A stretch of 51,164 bases of DNA from Catajapyx aquilonaris (lineage: Eukaryota): contig KZ538157.1 of NCBI GenBank assembly GCA_000934665.2, forward strand, positions 62,001-113,164, in the 5' to 3' direction. Of the stretch, positions 47,068 through 51,164 are shown piece by piece. The stretch's first letter is position 1. Every line of letters starts with the position of its first letter. The notes under the pieces were generated by a model that worked only from the letters and a program-made list of their open reading frames with translations, had not been told where the DNA came from and searched no databases. The translations under genes were made by a program, and so were the position numbers.

Positions 47068-49715
47068 TATGTCGTCACAAATTCTCGTTAATACGATATA
47101 AAAATTATAGTGTAACTGATAGTCACGGGTCTAGTATAACCCAAAATATGGCAACTATTTGCATAGCACCAGCTTTCACGCCTAGAGCGTCTGGAATCTC
47201 TTGACTTTGATATTTTTCTCCTTCCCTTCCCCCCCCCCCCCTCCCCGGTTTTCCCTGCCCTTCCTTTCTTCCGATGTCTGTTGAAAGCCGAAAGTTGTGT
47301 CCCCCTGGGGCTCCGGAGGAAAGGGCAGAAGCTGTTAAAAGTCCCCGGTGAGCATATTCGAGCATAAATAACTCGTCCAATTCCGGATACCCGAAGACAA
47401 GGCGGTTAATCCCCACGCCTCTCTCGCGCACGACCGCCACCCATCATGGACTCCATGTTGTGACTTGTGCATCCGGAGCGTCTCGCCAGAAGGCGCGCGG
47501 ATACTTACACTCCACTGAGAGGATTGCCTTTCCGACACTGTTTATGAATTTTCTCCGCACCATCCCACACCCATCCTCAACCCTCCTTACTTTTCCACAC
47601 TTGGCACCTTCGCTTCTTTGCTCCTTTCACCCCCTCGACTGCCTTTTGACGAACGATTGCTTGGCAATTTGCAGGACGTGCCTCCTTATTTTTCTACACC
47701 AACACACACACATGCACAAAAGTTGAAAAAAAGGGGGGGTTCTTAATATCCAGACTAGGTATGAGTATGGGCCTACTGAGCTAAAAATGAATGTTTGCAT
47801 GGCAGAACAAACAGCGCAGTTGACTGCAATATTTGTCAAAATCACTGAAATTGGATTATAATACGGATGGTGACTGATGAGATTTTTATGCTGTTTGTTA
47901 AAATAGAATAATGAAAATGGCAGAAAAATGAGAAAACTGCAATTCATATATCGTATCTGAAAAATGCCAGTTTATTTATCTACGCGATATGAGTCACGAA
48001 TAACGACTATTTGAGACAGTTTAAATTTACAATTGCGCTAATTTTGGAGGGATCAAAGGCTGAAATTTTGGTTGGTTGGTTACGTTAACCCGTTGAATAT
48101 TACCAATATGAACATAGCACCGTATAATGAAGCACTTTCAGTATACATGTGGTCTCATTGTTACACATTTCCTGCAACTGACAAAGTTTTTTATTGTTCA
48201 GTTTTTGTCAAAGGCTGTTGCATCAAAGTTTGATTCTGCTTGGCCGCAGTCACTGCCGTTCTCGGATAAATTAATTATCAAGCAGGGCACCGTGCACCAT
48301 GTACGGACGTATCGACTCCGTTTCATTACCATAGATAATCTCATTGATTAGTTATGAACTCCTCCCCCACTTTCACCCTCTCCCCACCCTCACTAACCAG
48401 CGTCCCGGGGAAAAAAGATATTGCATTACTGCGCGAAAATCAATCCATTATAACGAGTTGGCACATCAGTACAGTGAAAGATCACACATTTGTTATTGCG
48501 TACAGGAATTCTCGAAATGCTGTGGTTAACCTAATTGCATTGTATTTCCGCAGTACCACGTCCACATGAAAACCTCTGATTATGGTCATTTAGAATGCAT
48601 AATATTCCTAAAATAATGATGATAATAAATTATCGTAAGTTACAAGCAGTGTATGAAAAGAAATCACTAACTACTACTGGCATAGAATTAGAGTGCATTT
48701 ACTGCGGTTTACAAAAATTCTCCAACAATATTATGGGAGACACTTCATTTAGGTAACATTGCCTGACGTGGTGCTTTATTCCCTGGGGCATCTATAAATG
48801 GCTTGCTGCTCTAATAAGATTTATTTGCCAGTGCGCTGTAATTTTGTCCAGCTTCGGAGCTAGAATAGTCGGAAATGCGATCTGGACGTTCCAGCACCGG
48901 TTCTAGGGTGCTGCACGTGAAACAATGCCGGATGCTCTACCTGCTGGAAATGAAAATAAATGGGGGAGCTGTGCAGAGTAGCTTTCTTTATCTATTACTG
49001 CATTCTAAAAGTAAGCACCGCTTGTCCGTAACAGATTTTCCATTAAATTTAATATGTCCGCATGATGTCCCAGATCTCTTATACAACTGCACACAAACTA
49101 TGCTGGAAATTTTTACCATCCAAGAGCATATGGAGTGGCGAAGGCTTGGTGGAGTGCTCCTCATATAGGCTTACACTATCTGGTTACATGGCTTGAAAAA
49201 TGTTTTGATCGACATGCGGTTTGTGTGCGGTGGTGCTTAAAGATATGCGACAATGTACGGCTACGTCGAGTTTTAGGGAAAATTATCCGAAATTTTTGTA
49301 GAACCAGCAAAGGGTACTTACTGTTGGAATGCGGCAATATAACACCATAAAGCGCTCAGGTCGCGGTTTTCCATTATAGCTCAGTTCTATTTTGCATTTT
49401 GTTAAGTGACATTCTTCAGCCCTGACATTATATCAGATATAGCTAATACCCCGATTTAAAACATGTGTGGTCTGCAATCGACACACTAGAACAGGAATTG
49501 CGCTCAAATTAATGGGTGAGTCAAAGTTAGGTGATTCCAGGGTTAATATTTCAATACTTCAGTTGCAAATTCCAACAACACAATAATTGTAGTCATTTTA
49601 TTGGATTCATATTAATCCAACATAAAATTTCAACATATTTTAAGATAACGCTCAAACTTGTGGGTCATTTGAAAATTTTGAAATGCAATATAAGACGTGG
49701 AAATTAACTTTTTCC

Positions 49716-49844
49716 CAAGGGGTTAACCACTTCGGTACTCCTGTGTATACACCTGCAGTGGTACTCCTTAGGTATCTTACTCTTTGGTACTCCTTGAATT
49801 TGGTATTCCAGTGTACATTTTACAATCGAGTGGTTAACCCCTTG
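49716..49844. mobile_element. Short MITE-like element with internal GGTACTCC repeats
   Basis: CAAGGGGTTAACCACT...AGTGGTTAACCCCTTG 16-bp inverted termini; GGTACTCCT x3 plus GGTATTCC inside. Confidence 0.65.
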
Positions 49845-50605
49845 CATTTTCCTCATCCTGTCCAGTGATTGCAATAACTGCTCTATCACGGCACCTGCTG
49901 TGAAAATGCTTTTATATCACCGTGTCGTATACTATAAGCCCGTGTAGCTAAAATACATCACTCTGGCCTGTTCCAAACACGAGACAGAAATGAGACCGAT
50001 GTTATTGCAAATGCGTTGTTTCCGCCTGAAAACCTCATTGGCCTAGTTGGCATTTCTTCAACCCACAAAAAAAGGGCCGGCACGTGGGTTAATCACCCTC
50101 AATATTCCAAAAAAGATCTCAACAATCGTCGCGACCTGACCATTAGGTTGCCACGTCCGTTGCAATAATGGCATTTGTCCCGTGTAACCAGCAGCCGGTG
50201 CGAAGTACATCAAGATAAGCGGTAATTAGCAACAATGCGGTGAGCAAGGCGCCATTAAAGCTGGAATTTCACCTCCCTTCCCCCCCACCCTGGCCATAAG
50301 TTGGGTTGCCTTAGTAGGGTCCATTTGAAAGGCAGGCATACCGGTATAGCCCAATTTCATTTGGCGGGACTTGAGTGCGCCAGGAAGGCGGGAAGGGCAG
50401 CGAAAAGGAGGTGGAATGTAGGCTGCCGCTGCTGCTTCTAAGCACAATAATTATCCTCTGTACAGGGAAACGATGGCTGCAGATCACGTAAATCCTAACC
50501 TCTTCATTCGAGGCCACGCCATAATTCGGAAAAGGGAATCGCCAAATGGAACCCCGCTCTCATGTTCAGACATGAGGACCAAACATGGCTGCTCACATGT
50601 GGCCG

Positions 50606-50606
<1 letters not shown>

Positions 50607-50674
<68 letters not shown>
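50607..50674. repeat. (AAT)n microsatellite
   Basis: Direct reading; produces the spurious poly-Ile ORFs. Confidence 0.95.
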
Positions 50675-50675
<1 letters not shown>

Positions 50676-51164
50676 GGTTATATAGGGGATGAACTTGGGT
50701 TTTGCGGCAGGAAGGTGTGATTTCCCTAATGAGGAGAAATCTGGAAAGGATCTGTCGGAAAGTTCCATTACGTCACCTTTGAGGATTTGGGCCAATGGCG
50801 ACAGAGACGTTCCGTCCCTTCCACACCAGACTACTGCAGGCGACATTGCGGAAAGACTTTTGGCACAAAATGTAAATAACGCACTTTCACTTCCGTGCAC
50901 TCCAACCACGCAGTGCCTGCTCCTTCCAGCGAACTGCCTCATGCATATGAACTGAACGAGAGTCAAATGGGCCAGTAATGACGTTATGTCCTTGCTGATT
51001 GAGGCATACGAAAAGTAAAGATAGGCCTGCAGGTCCATGTGTCATATCCGTTACTATGAGGGCATCTTGTACTTGCCCAAACCCAGAATAATTCGCTCAC
51101 CCTGATATTTCCCAGTTGAGAATATGGAAATGACGAAATATAAATTAATTGCACATAAATAGGG

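Noticed and set aside
47123..47540. GC-rich ORF containing VVRERG as the missing MyoD basic-HLH exon
   Set aside because: It lacks RRKAATxRERRRL, VNEAF and KVEILRNAI; the similarity is only the RER tripeptide.
50484..51038. Longest ORF (184 aa, minus) and the overlapping 88-aa plus ORF
   Set aside because: The length is inflated by a stop-free (ATT)n tract, and there is no bHLH or other domain.
1..51164. Most ORFs in the supplied track (60-184 aa), including the poly-Y, poly-N, poly-L and poly-I ORFs and the repeated look-alike peptides
   Set aside because: They fall in microsatellites, SINEs and palindromic MITEs, or have no recognisable domain. Recurring peptides simply reflect repeat copies.

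Overview
Repeat-rich eukaryotic (invertebrate, probably protostome/arthropod-like) genomic DNA, not prokaryotic; almost none of the supplied ORFs are real genes. The only host gene I can support is missed by the ORF track: the last two coding exons of a MyoD/nautilus-family myogenic bHLH gene on the minus strand (33068-33200 and 15370-15476). They join in phase across a 17,591-bp GT-AG intron and encode ...PGATSLYYHHPPDRLQQHHHPQQQSAHHHHCSTDGLGKFVANVTG|YESQAPEGASSLDCLSLIVESISPGSASSLAPGV*, which contains the MRF helix-III motif. I found no bHLH-coding exon, so it probably lies beyond the right edge. The rest is intron and downstream DNA holding five tRNA-headed SINE families (11 copies, several with target-site duplications). 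Four of these families share one structured 3' tail, and two share a structured central core. There are also many TA-flanked (Tc1/mariner/pogo-type) and hAT-type MITEs, nested and chimeric insertions, a likely non-autonomous Helitron, decayed non-LTR (RTE-like) and hAT coding relics, and (AAT)n microsatellites. I see no convincing evidence of a wholly new biological system. The most novel-looking signal is the modular, structurally conserved SINE group.
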